Shown one piece after another: positions 15,110 through 27,000 of a stretch of DNA of 64,000 nucleotides. The stretch is from Laetmonice hystrix (lineage: Eukaryota). Under the pieces are notes generated by a model that was not told the DNA's origin, did no database searches, and was given only the letters and a program-made list of their open reading frames with translations. The position numbers were made by a program, and so were the translations under genes. The stretch lies in NCBI GenBank assembly GCA_965235115.1, contig OZ249442.1:17484001-17548000 (forward strand). The letters run 5' to 3'. Each line of letters opens with the position of its first letter. Position 1 is the first letter of the stretch.

Positions 15110-15601
15110 TGAACTATGACCTGATCGTTGCCTTAGTATTGACACGTCATTCACGTCTGCTTTGGTATGAAATCTTAGATGATGGTATAACGCTGTGGGT
15201 CGAAATGGGGGCAATACAGAGGGGTATTGTTGAAACCCTCGATTCTCCCTAGAATCCCAGGGATCCCTGGAGTGGGCGACACTTCCACCCTGTACCTGGG
15301 GTTGAAGGCGGGGGTCGCCTGGGGTCAGAGGTCAGGGGATTGAGCCCGGACGCCGAATCTGTGGAGGTTTTATCTCCACAGGTGGTAAACGTTTTGTTAG
15401 GTTGTTTCCTCAGCTCAGCTCGGCGAGTCTGACGTCTGCCGTGTCGGAAACAAACCAAGCGTGTCATTCGATGATCCACCATTGTCACACCCGAACCATG
15501 CACTACCGCCCTACAACCTACAAATATAAGTAAGCCAAGGATCCAGCTACACCTGCCACCGTCTGGGCGGGGGTGGGGGTGGGGGTGGGGGTCAAAGTTC
15601 A
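15110..15601. promoter_or_regulatory. Candidate nuclear-receptor DR1 cluster (three perfect elements)
   Basis: RGKTCA-n-RGKTCA at 15110..15122(-), 15322..15334(+) and 15589..15601(+). Motif match only. Confidence 0.35.
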
Positions 15602-15654
15602 CTCCCCAGTCTATATGCCCACACCAGCATTCGGTTGTAACTCTGAACGCTAGA

Positions 15655-16606
15655 GTCCTACTATTCCAAGGTTTGGGCTGATTGGTTCAGGTCTATTCTA
15701 TCAGAAAGTTCTACTATTCCAAGGTTTGGGCTGATTGGTTCAGGTCTATTCTATCAGAAAGTCCTACTATTCCAAGGTTTGGGCTGATTGGTTCAGGTCT
15801 ATTCTATCAGAAGGTCCTACTATTCCAAGGTTTGGGCTGATTGGTTCAGGTCCATTCTATCAGAAAGTCCTACTATTCCAAGGTTTGGGCTGATTGGTTC
15901 AGGTCTATTCTATCAGAAGGTCCTACTAGTCCAAGGTTTGGGCTGATTGGTTCAGGTCTATTCTATCAGAAAGTCCTACTATTCCAAGGTTTGGGCTGAT
16001 TGGTTCAGGTCTACTCTATCAGAAAGTCCTACTATTCCAAGGTTTGGGCTGATTGGTTCAGGTCTATTCTATCAGAAGGTCCTACTAGTCCAAGGTTTGG
16101 GCTGATTGGTTCAGGTCCATTCTATCAGAAAGTCCTACTATTCCAAGGTTTGGGCTGATTGGTTCAGGTCTACTCTATCAGAAAGTCCTACTATTCCAAG
16201 GTTTGGGCTGATTGGTTCAGGTCTATTCTATCAGAAGGTCCTACTAGTCCAAGGTTTGGGCTGATTGGTTCAGGTCTATTCTATCAGAAAGTCCTACTAT
16301 TCCAAGGTTTGGGCTGATTGGTTCAGGTCTACTCTATCAGAAAGTCCTACTATTCCAAGGTTTGGGCTGATTGGTTCAGGTCTATTCTATCAGAAGGTCC
16401 TACTAGTCCAAGGTTTGGGCTGATTGGTTCAGGTCTATTCTATCAGAAAGTCCTACTATTCCAAGGTTTGGGCTGATTGGTTCAGGTCTACTCTATCAGA
16501 AAGTCCTACTATTCCAAGGTTTGGGCTGAATGGTTCAGGTCTATTCTATCAGAAAGTCCTACTATTCCAAGGTTTGGGCTGATTGGTTCAGGTCTATTCT
16601 ATCAGA
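15655..16606. repeat. Minisatellite, 53-bp unit x18, with a 159-bp higher-order period
   Basis: Unit gtcctactattccaaggtttgggctgattggttcaggtctattctatcagaaa. Copy starts checked at 15655, 15708, 15761, 15814, 15867 ... 16556. Confidence 0.98.
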
Positions 16607-17130
16607 CGTCCAACACCTCATACAGTCAGTGCCGAACAACGCCGACATTCCTCACCTCAACCATTTAACTCTAAAGACGCCATTAACCTATTTTTTGGCA
16701 ACAATTAACATTTATCACAATAATAACCAGCTGCCCTTTCCCCTTGTGCAGCTGGCGGACGCCCTGAGAAGTAAAGGTGCCTTTACATCTTCTCGTGTGC
16801 CTTCAAACCATGCCTTACCTCATTATGTTTACTACTTTCTAATACAGAAATATTCAGATCTTGGAATGTCTTTTCAATGACATAATGCTTCTCATTATCT
16901 TCTCATGAAAAGCCTCGGTTGAGTGACAGTCCAGGTTTTTCTGCTGTCAGCACTGGGGCTGTAAAATCATGCGTTTGTCACGCAGATAAACCCCTAGGCA
17001 TCTGGTTGTGTTCTTAGATCTTATCAGGAGAGAAATATCCGTCCATATCTTTATTAATCTAATTCCCAATGCCTACTGGCAAGCTAGGCCCCCAGACTCT
17101 CTTTCCCCATACAGAAAGCAAATTGAAGAT

Positions 17131-17248
17131 CATAAATCATAATTAATTGTGCCATATTTGATTTACGATACTTTTTTGGGGCACTTACACCCCACCAATT
17201 TTTAACAAATTACATAAGATGGCATAATTAGTTGTCGGCAGATCAAAG
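17131..17248. promoter_or_regulatory. Candidate Pbx-Hox/homeodomain site cluster
   Basis: TGATTTATG(-) 17131..17139, TAATTAATT 17140..17148, TGATTTACGA 17159..17168, TAATTA 17225..17230, GATCAAAG 17241..17248. Motif match only. Confidence 0.3.
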
Positions 17249-20200
17249 TGTAATCATAATCTGGTAGGTGTAACTCTGAAGGCTGCAGACAAGCCATACC
17301 CTGTTTCTGCTCATGCTATGCGTTCACAAGCAAACTAATTATCTCAAATTGCCGGCATTACCGCAGGTTTTTTAGGTGTCAGACACAGAGAAAATAACCA
17401 GGGCCCCCCGATTTTTGTCATTTTCATTGCGGAAACAAAAGACTAATCACTCTTCTTTGACATGGGCCATCTCTCACGGTCATGGGTAACAAGGACAGGA
17501 CTTCCAGAAGATATCGTTTAAAAAAACATGTTATCAACTGTTTCAAAGATTCAATGGTGGAATGCCTGTCATGGCATCTGTTAACCATACAAACTCGGAC
17601 ATCAGGTATTGCTAGCGGCCGACCATACGACGTTTGAGCGACGTTTTGACGGCACGGGGGAGGTTGATATAAGGTTAGCGCATAACTTTATCTGCAATCG
17701 GCGCGCACATAATCTGCGCTGTCTGTGCGTCAGCCACTTCCGGTCGAGATTCGTCGTCAATTCACGTCTCTCAAGGTCAGCGCCTGGCGGCGGCGGGCGG
17801 CAGCACAGATATAGACAGAGAACAGGGACCGTTTAGCCAGCGAGTAGATCAACCGTTGGCGGGCGTGTTACTACTGCTAACACCCCCACACCCATCCCAA
17901 CCCCCACACCCTCCAAGGGCTGTCAGAATCCTTGAGTTGCAAGCCCACCCCTGAAGATGGCGGGTCACCCACATCGGCCACAAAAATCGCCCGTCCTCGC
18001 CAGTTGAGAGTAAATGAAGGTGCCAGAAAGCACTGGCCAGTCTGACATAACTGATAGCTAGATTGATGGCTCTCCTTCAATATGGCCCATGTCGTTTTCT
18101 TTCTGCTACTTTTTCCAACGGCCAGGCGCGGCGCCTGGAAGGCCCCTCCGCACGCCCTGCCAACGTCGCCTGCCTGTCTAAATTAAAACACTGCTTCCAA
18201 ACAAGCAAGGAGTCCTGGCTGATATTCACCGGTGGATCAAAGCTTTTCGGTGAGATTAAAAGAAGATGCAGTCATTTCTTAAATCTTATTGTCGCACGGT
18301 AATTAATTCAGGCGGGTGGAAACAATCAGAGTGACGGGATCACGTGTGTATCCGACTTGTAGTGGACTCAAGGGCACACCGGAAATTCCTGCCATAGACC
18401 TGTACAGTAGCATTATTATCATAAAGAAAGTAACGCATGTATAGGAGGGTTTCTTTTTTAAAAAAGGAAGGTTCATCTGGTCAGGCCCACAATGATAGCA
18501 GTGTGCTCCGACATGATGCAGAGAGAAACTTTGCTAAGAATGTCGACGTGTCATTGGACTGGGATGTGATTCACTCTTCAATGGATCATATCATTTCATT
18601 TCGACCAATCAGAGCAGAACACATTCAGTTGTTGTCGCAAGATGTGAAGGGCGCGAGCTTCATGAAGGTCAGACTTGGAGTTCTACCACGAGCTCACTGG
18701 ACGAACTAACTGCCTCAAGGCTGAGGATAGCTGCTGCGGCAGTCGTGGGACTCCCCTAGCCCCCTCCCCTACACACACCTATAAATGGCACAGGTCAGCA
18801 CAATGAAAACGCCATGGCTCGCATGTCCTTGTGTTTATTTTCTTCAGGCGAGAGTCAGCCTTTTTCACCCTCTACGATTGATTACCCCTGGCTGTGGACA
18901 TGCAGCCATTCCATATGTTTCTCTGCAATATGTGTTGCTAACAGCCCTCCATTAGAGCAGTCTGACTACGGCTAAAGGCCACAAAAACCGGCGCTAAAAT
19001 ACCAGGTGCGGGGCCCATAATTCTGCCCAGTCAAGACCCACTTGTCTCGATCACTCACTAGGATCTACTTGCCACTAATGGCCGTTTCGATCTCTTCCAA
19101 ATATTTTCCCTCACATCAACCTCAACTTATGGATCATCTCACTGGCTGGATCATCTCTCGTTCTTTTTTTCTCTCATAAAGAGATAATCTTAACGGCTGT
19201 GGTTGATTGGTCCCTCCATTCACCCAATCAAACTGATGAACCGTCATTCTCAAAGACCAGTCCCCCAATAACAGATTAAATTTCACATCCCATTATTTGT
19301 CGCTCCCATGCCTTCACTATAAACACACCACTTTGCTGACTGCTGTAGGATTTTCTCTCAGGTCGACATATATAATAGTTTACGCTGACTGTGCTCATGA
19401 AGTGGCCAAGGTCAAATCATTCGGGGGGTGGAATAAAGATTTTTTCAGTCTGGGATGAGCAGAGAGAGCCCCCCCCCCCCCCAAGATTACACCAACCACC
19501 CCGCCCCGTCGGCCTAGAGTCGTCAGTTGAACCATTTACTCCATCTTATAGATGGCAGTTATTTCAGGATGCACTGTTAGCAATGGGTCATGGCATTCAA
19601 TGGCCAGAGTGGGAGTCAAGTCTAATACAAGCGCTACAATAGGATCAATGTTTGACTCCTTAATACTTTCAAACATGGGGGCTGTATTCGCTAGAGAAAC
19701 TCTCCTTAAATATATATATTTTTAGATCCTCCGTTTCCAGCAGCGCACCTTTGCCACATGACATGTGTAGAATAGACCACACAAAGGCTACATTTACCAT
19801 AAATCCATTTATGCGATGACACGGGATATGTTTGCCCCGGGTCGAGCGGGTTTGAGCCAGTAATCCTGCGTCATTCGGCACTGATCCACACACCCTTTCA
19901 CCCTCTACCCCCTCACTGACCCATGTCAACACCACTCACCGGATCAGACATGCTCCAAATTCTTCTTAACCACGGATATACTTTCACAACTTTCCATAAT
20001 CCATAACTCAAACAGACGGAAACATGCCATGGAATGAGGCCTGCTGCCGTCGCGCCTGCCACAGCTCTGCCTATTAATCTATAGGTCAAACACAGCCCGC
20101 GGACAACTCACCGGAAATATATGATTCTGCAACATTTCCAAACACCATCGACTCATAATGCAAACAGCTCCGCTGTGTACGAGCCGCCTGCTTCGAGGGA

Positions 20201-20836
20201 GGACCAAATATTAGCAATCTATAATCCAAATATGATATAGCGCACAAACATCCAGCCGGGACCTTAGCAGCCCCCAAATATTATTGAAAGAATTATGCAA
20301 ATATTTACCTTGCGTGTAAAAACGGCAGATTTTCTGCCATCCGCTAGCATAGAAACAGGATTGTGTCAATCAATCAGGAACAAAACACGGAGGTATATGT
20401 TACAACGCACCCTATCAACCTGGCCCGACATGTGGGCCTCCGTCAAACTTACCCCAGCCCGGACAACCTTGGCTCACTCTACAACTGTCGGTACGGAGGA
20501 CAGTCACTTGGAGGCCGTGTTTATTCTCGAGATGCAATACCACGTGGCCTGCCGTATCATACTCTCTGTTAGCTAAATAAACGACACGTCAATTTTCAAA
20601 ATTCCTATCATAGCTTATCTGGTCGGCGTCGCTTAATGTTCCAACCCTTGGCGGAGCGCTGAGAACAGCATGAATGTGAGACTTGTTCAACGTTGAACGT
20701 GTTCAAATCTTGGTGGTTTCTTTAGTTTTGGGGGCTGACTGGATGGAAGGGATTAGATTTTTTGTCATAATTAAATACCTAAAACATGTTCGGAACTTCT
20801 GTCACAGACCACAGCGGGAACCTGTTAGCTCAATAT

Positions 20837-20880
20837 CACCTGCAAACATCATGCTACAGGTGCAGGTGCCGAGTCACCTG
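20837..20880. promoter_or_regulatory. Candidate cluster of four CAGGTG/CACCTG E-boxes
   Basis: Sites at 20837, 20857, 20863 and 20875. Motif match only. Confidence 0.35.
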
Positions 20881-21527
20881 CAAACAGCGCGTTATCTCCG
20901 CAGGTCCCATGTGCAGTTCGCCGTACCTCATCCAATCCACACCCCAAAAAAAAAGAAGAAAGAAAAAACCGGAGCAGAAAAGAGACAAAATGGGATGTAC
21001 TTAAAATTCAGCCACACACAAATAAAAAATATTCTAAAAGGGGTATAAATCTGACCCCGGGTGTAAGTAGCTCGCTGCGCCAAGCCATCTGGCTTGTGCC
21101 TACAGAGGTGAGCATTGTTCGGTCGGCCTCGACTTCTCCCAAGTCGTCCTAGTTTTGTTTGTAACTTTATCGTTTATCACAGCATCGAGCCCCGCCGACC
21201 CCATCTGTCTGTACAGATAGACCGCGATGGCCTGTATGAAACAGTAGATGGTTTATATCTTGGTCAAACTCAACCTGCCCTCTCTGGTCGGCCCTGTCGT
21301 CTCGAGACCCCCGCTCGCCAGCCCATCATATGGGTCTGATTCCCGACCATTTAGCTTCTGTCAGTCAAAGTGGAGTGGGCGGGCGGGCGGGCTGTGTGAC
21401 GGAGGGGGCCCACCGGGGCTGGGGGTGGCCTGGGGTCACTGCCCCCAAACACCCTGCCACGCCCCTCTCAACTGGTAGCGGACGGCACCCCCCCCCTCAA
21501 CCTCCAGCCTCAATCACTCTTCTCTGG

Positions 21528-21528
<1 letters not shown>

Positions 21529-21576
<48 letters not shown>

Positions 21577-21580
21577 CTCT
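21529..21580. repeat. (CT)n microsatellite, ~22 perfect units plus a short imperfect tail
   Basis: Read directly from the sequence. Confidence 0.97.
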
Positions 21581-23915
21581 ATCCTTCCCTGTCGGTCGGA
21601 AGAAGAGAAAATGCTAAATCTCTCTCGTATATAAAATATATATTCTACAGTCCCTACCTGTAAACACTCCACTGATTAGCATCTTGATTTGGATCCCGAA
21701 TTCTCCTTCAGTTGTAATGTAAAGTCAATTACCTGCTCTATCATTGCGTTATCTTTTCATTTTTGAGAAGACAGCAAAACATTTCCCTTTTCATCAGTAG
21801 ACCATGCTGGCATGGGGGAAAAGATTACTGTGAGTGATCAGTGAGTATATATAACGTATATTATAGATACTCAGACACTTACTTATAAAGCTGATATGAA
21901 AGGGGCCTTGATTTTATCTTTAATCACCCAGCCCTGACAGCCGAATAATAACCTCAGTTTGATCCCACATATGTCTGGAGTTCATAAATCAGCTGTAAAA
22001 CCTGTGAGATTGGCCTACTTGTATGTGCCGGATACATAGAGCAGCCATTGAAGGTGATGAGAATCTATCTAGATCGGACATTAATCATCAATCCCATCTA
22101 TTTGATACAGTTCAATCATTTCTATGTCTCTCTGTCACCCTGTCAACGACATGGGACAACAATGCTAGTTACAAACTGTCCTGGCTACACGCTATCATGA
22201 CTGGTGGGATGGGGGTGGGTTCACAAATCAATACCCGGGAGTCAGTCATTTTAAGGTCAATACTGGACGCGGACCTGAAAGGACGCACCATGTGTCTCAG
22301 CGACAGTCAATAGCTATATTCCATGGATGTGGAGTTGTCCGTCGATGGCATCACAAAGGCCTTGTTTTCCGACGCAATCAATGCTTGCTTGCACTGTCCC
22401 TGCCGAGCCCTACCCCCTGACAATGTGACACCGGTTCTACTCCAGAAATGACGACGGATACTCCAGCCCGATGCACTGCAATACATTTATTGCACTGTCT
22501 GGCGGAACCCACCCGGCCCGAGCCGACACGAGAACACCTCTGGCTGAAGCTAGTTTATGTCATTATATAAGCGCTGTCTATGTTTGAATTTCCTACTCAC
22601 CACCACTGACATCAACCCTCGGGGCAAATCGCGTAAAGGAGGTCTTAAATTTCCCTCTTTTTTCATACGTTACAATCAATGGAGAAATCGCTGCGCGGGG
22701 AATGCGCGGCTTTCAACCTAAAGCCGTAATAAATCTACCAGCAATAAACTTGTGGGATATTACCAAGAAAACGGGAACAATTTTCTTGTGGTCGACTTTG
22801 ATGTTGCTCGGTGAAGCTTGCCGCTCAACTACAAGGATATCTTCTGACATTTTTTTAGGGTTGAATTCTTTGTCTTGTCACATTTTTAGAGTTCCCTGAA
22901 ACATTGTGGCTGTATGGAAATTAATGAAATAGGTTGCAGTAAAAACTGTGCCGAGCTAGCCAGTCCACTCTGCTGAGGGCCAACTTTTGGTGACAATGGT
23001 AAGTGATTTATGAACCGTGGTCTCTTGGATACACTTATGCTCCCGACAGCCAAAGGAGCCCTAAAATCTGATAGAAAACTTTGCGGGGTGGAAAGAAACC
23101 GGTGTCAGATGTCTTACAATGCTGCCTATACCATGTGCCCCTACCCCTCAGCACCTGTTTGGAAAACAAGAGCAGGAGATGGTCCAGGTTCGACCACTTA
23201 CAACGCTGCGAAGAATTTGCTGCGGAAATGTTCTACAAGTGTACTGCTTTTAGCCATTCAGCACGAGCGCAAGTGAGGGTGGGTGTAGGGGTGGGAGTTG
23301 GGGTGGGGGTTGGGGTATCTACGACATGAGGTCACAGACTAGCTAGCCAGGCATAGTAGAGATTGTTAGTTGGGTCAGGGTGGCGCTGAGCCATCATCGC
23401 CCATTGAGCGGCAGTGTTTGGGCTGCCTACCCCCCCCCCCCCCCCCCGTCACCTCCCCACTAAACCTACCACTGTTTGCATGCTCGGTTGTACTTGACAT
23501 TTGTCTCTCCGCTGTTTCGTCTTTGAGGGGCACAAGTGTTTTTTGCTCCGGTGACCCTGCGTGTCACTAACTCGCCACTTTGTTTTCGAAACACTACTGC
23601 TTAGTATACACCTAACGGCAAACTGTGAGCGACACACGAGTTGCCGCAGCAACCTGATCTCAAGCTGGGAGAGCAGTGCCAAATTCTCCGAGTCCCCTGA
23701 GCACGACCGTTGTGCGGTGTGATGTGCCCACGTGGGGCTGGAGTCAGTCCCCCGTGACAGGGCGGGGACAGGACCAGATAGCACAGCCTCTATCCTAGAA
23801 ACAAATGGCGCTCAGTGGGCCTCCTGGAAGCGGTAAATCTCGAGGTTAGCTTCCTCCTGGCTTCCTGGTGTCGTACGGTCTCCTGTGCCTGTGGGGCTGA
23901 GCTGACCTCCTGTAC

Positions 23916-24023
23916 GGGGTCAGGCCGGGGGTCAGGAGGTCCTAGGCCGGGGGTCAGGGGGTCCTGGGTCAGGGGGTCCTAGGCCGGGGGTCCTAGGCCG
24001 GGGGGCAGGGGGTCCTAGGCCGG
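23916..24023. repeat. G-rich low-complexity repeat built from gggggtcctaggcc and ggggtca units
   Basis: gtcctaggccgg occurs four times, interleaved with gggtca units. Confidence 0.8.
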
Positions 24024-27000
24024 CGAAGGGACCTGAGGATGCTCCTGTTTGATCCCAGGTGGGGCAGGACCCCCCCCCCCCCAAACACGGTCAGTAATTC
24101 CTGTCACCAAACCACCGTCAGTGTGTGGGTGTGGGTGATAGTGCCAGAAAGGGGCACATGTAAGTCCGTACGTTTGGACCCAATACCAGGGTTTGTTTGA
24201 CAACAATACCTGCTGATGGCGGCCGGGGTTTGCACACATTTGCCGACTGTGTTATACCGACACCCTTGACTGGCTCCGTGCAATCGTACAATCACGACCC
24301 CGTGACCGTCACTGGACACAGCGCAGGAGGGCGGCCGTTGTGACGTTACGTCATTGGTGACGTTTGCTGCTATTAATATGACCCGTCCGTGCGGTGAAGG
24401 GAAGGTGGGAAAAGGTAGGATGGTAGGTTGGTTAGGAGATGTGCTGCAGGCTTTGGTGACCTCAAACTGGGGGCAATCCCCCCGAACCCCCTCTACCCTA
24501 CCATCATACACATGTGTAGCTCATTATCTGAAATAAAACGTAAAGTCGGCCTGGCTGCCACAAAACTCAATATGCCGCATCTCTCGCCTGGTTCTGTCAA
24601 TAAAATCAGAGCTTTGACCTACCCTGAAGAAAAACAAATAGAGATCGAAATCCCAGCCGGGGGGTATGTGAGAAAATGTCTGCAATCTTAATTTGGGTGT
24701 GTGTAACAGCGCCCAGGAACAAATGTGACTGCCGTATGTGAAGAGTCTGTGGCCTACCCACTGGCTGGCTTTGATTGACACAACTCCCCCTCCACCACAA
24801 AATGTGACACAAATATTGAAGGCTCCACATCAAAAGAAAACAAAACATGCGGCCACAACTGTAACTGATTTCGCGCCGCGCCCCGAGGAAGCCACACAGG
24901 AAACAGCTATATGGTAATATTTTCCAGACGTTTATCTCATGGCGATGATATCCATATGCTCTCAGCTCTAGAATGACAAAACATGCTGTGAGCCTACTCC
25001 GCATAGATCTTGAATCTGCCTTCCAACATATGCTCCGAAAGCCATCTGGGGATGCAAACTGACAACAGTGAAGGAAAAAAACTTTAAAAATGCGCACAGC
25101 TTTACGGCGCTGTGGCAGGGAGTCAGTGTTTGACATTTTTGATGTGTGATTATTTTGTTTCATCGTCTGCTGCCGTTGCTCACTCGGCCTCATTAGAATT
25201 TTTAAGCGGTGCCTGTAATTTGTTGAGTAGGGCATTCACTGGTGATGACATGGCCCCCAATGGCTCAGCACACTGGCACGCCGCCATTCTCACTAGAGGT
25301 CAAGCACTAATTTTTGGTTTCAGGGTACTCTGTGTCATAGGCATGGGGCAGATGTTGGCCTTGCTTCTTGCCAATAACACGACCAGAAATGTATATGTAT
25401 GTATGTATATGTTATTTTCTAAATATACTTGAATAGCACGCTTCAAGTACTTGAAAGGGTGGAATCATCGTGATGACCCTCTGTTAGGGCGAGCCAGTCA
25501 GTATCTCTAGGGCAGGCAGGCTGTGGGGCCATTGGTGGGGAGACAAGGACCTTGTGATACCACTGTTCCAACTACAAGCAGGGCTGGGGTCTGATGTAGT
25601 ACCACCCCAGATGTACCCTCACCCCACCCCCACACCCCTACACCCCCGCCCCCGCCGCCACTCTAACTACACCTTCCAGTTGCCCAATCTTCACCAGATG
25701 ATAAAATAAAATCCATATGGCACGGAGGCTTCCTGTGACAGGCCCGGGTCTGTTTTACAAACAACCGGGACAGCTGCTGCTCCATGGACAGTAGCAATCA
25801 GTCGGCCTCCTGCTCTCTCTTTACCGGCAACCCCCCCCCCCCCAATCCCCCCGTCCTGGGGCCCCTGCCCCCCGCCCAATATCTCATCCTCAGAGTCTCT
25901 CCCACTTAACATTAATGCTCCATGATAAAGTTTGATCTTTTATGCTATCATCTTAACTCTCTGTTCAAAAATAGATATGTATACAGTAATCTTCTTATTT
26001 CCCGTTTTAAACAAATTCACCAAAATGTATCCAGAAAACCGCCAGGCTTAAAGTCTGATCGCGTAAATCTGCCTATGAATACTAAGTATAAGCGTTTATT
26101 TAAACTTCTTACTTCTTGTTTAAATAGTCAATTGGAAACCAACTTTCTGAAAACAACTTCCTTGTTCAAACCAAAAAATAGGTTATTCATTTAGATCACG
26201 TCTTTGCCGTACCTAAGTTGACTTTTGGTAAAAAAAAAACATATAGAACTACGTGTGCTTGTGTTTACAATAGTAATTAATTAATATGCCTAATAATCAT
26301 TAAATAATAATCTCCTCAGTCCCCTAATACAAAACCTTCCTGGACGCAAAGTTATTACATATAATCCCTCAGAATGTTACAAAACACTACCAGCCATTCG
26401 CCATGGGAACATTTGATTAATGCCTCAACTCATGCAGCTTAACGTTTATATTATTTTAAATCATGATTAAAGTAAGACTAAAAAAATCAGCTTTACATAA
26501 GTCTGAACAGTTAGTAAAGGCCTCAAGGGCTGAAGCCGTTGACAGTAACTGCATAATGGTTCATAAACCATTGCAAACTTAAAAAGGAAACAAAAGAAAC
26601 AAGTAGAAACAATATGACATGACAAGCGTGTCGTCTCCCATCTGGTATTATACAATCAAAGATGTTACGCTGACATCTAAGACAGAATAAACCGAGTTAA
26701 TCCTAGAAATGTTAACTCGCCGTTTGCCCACCAAGCTGCCCGAGCGACCGAGAAGCGTCTAACCGGCTCGTTCCGTTTTCCTCTATCAGCGCTGTGAATC
26801 ATGACGCTTTTTGTAACCCGACCTGGGCGGCCATCAGATTTTAATTCCACTCTGTCTGGAGGCGGTCTGTTATGCAATCTGTATATGTGAGGGGTGACTT
26901 GTGGCCGAAACCGGAACCCACTGGCCTCCCCCTTCACAGACGATCATTATTAACCTTCTGCCACCTCTTATATAACACTGGTTTTAAAATACAGTCATCT

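Noticed and set aside
15655-16606. Regular arrays (53-, 83-, 75- and 48-bp) as possible CRISPR arrays
   Set aside because: Units are contiguous near-identical copies with no unique spacers, there are no cas genes, and the context is a eukaryotic intron.
22488-22510. TATTGCAC, the miR-92/25 family 5' end
   Set aside because: The match ends after 8-9 nt and there is no precursor-length hairpin. I recognised no other conserved miRNA by eye.
24606-25235. Longest other ORF (209 aa, minus strand)
   Set aside because: No recognisable domain, Cys/Arg-rich composition typical of non-coding translation, and no supporting splice structure. BLASTP or RNA-seq could overturn this.
25920-26700. AT-rich block as a possible DNA-transposon remnant
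   Set aside because: No terminal inverted repeats, target-site duplication or transposase similarity could be identified by eye.
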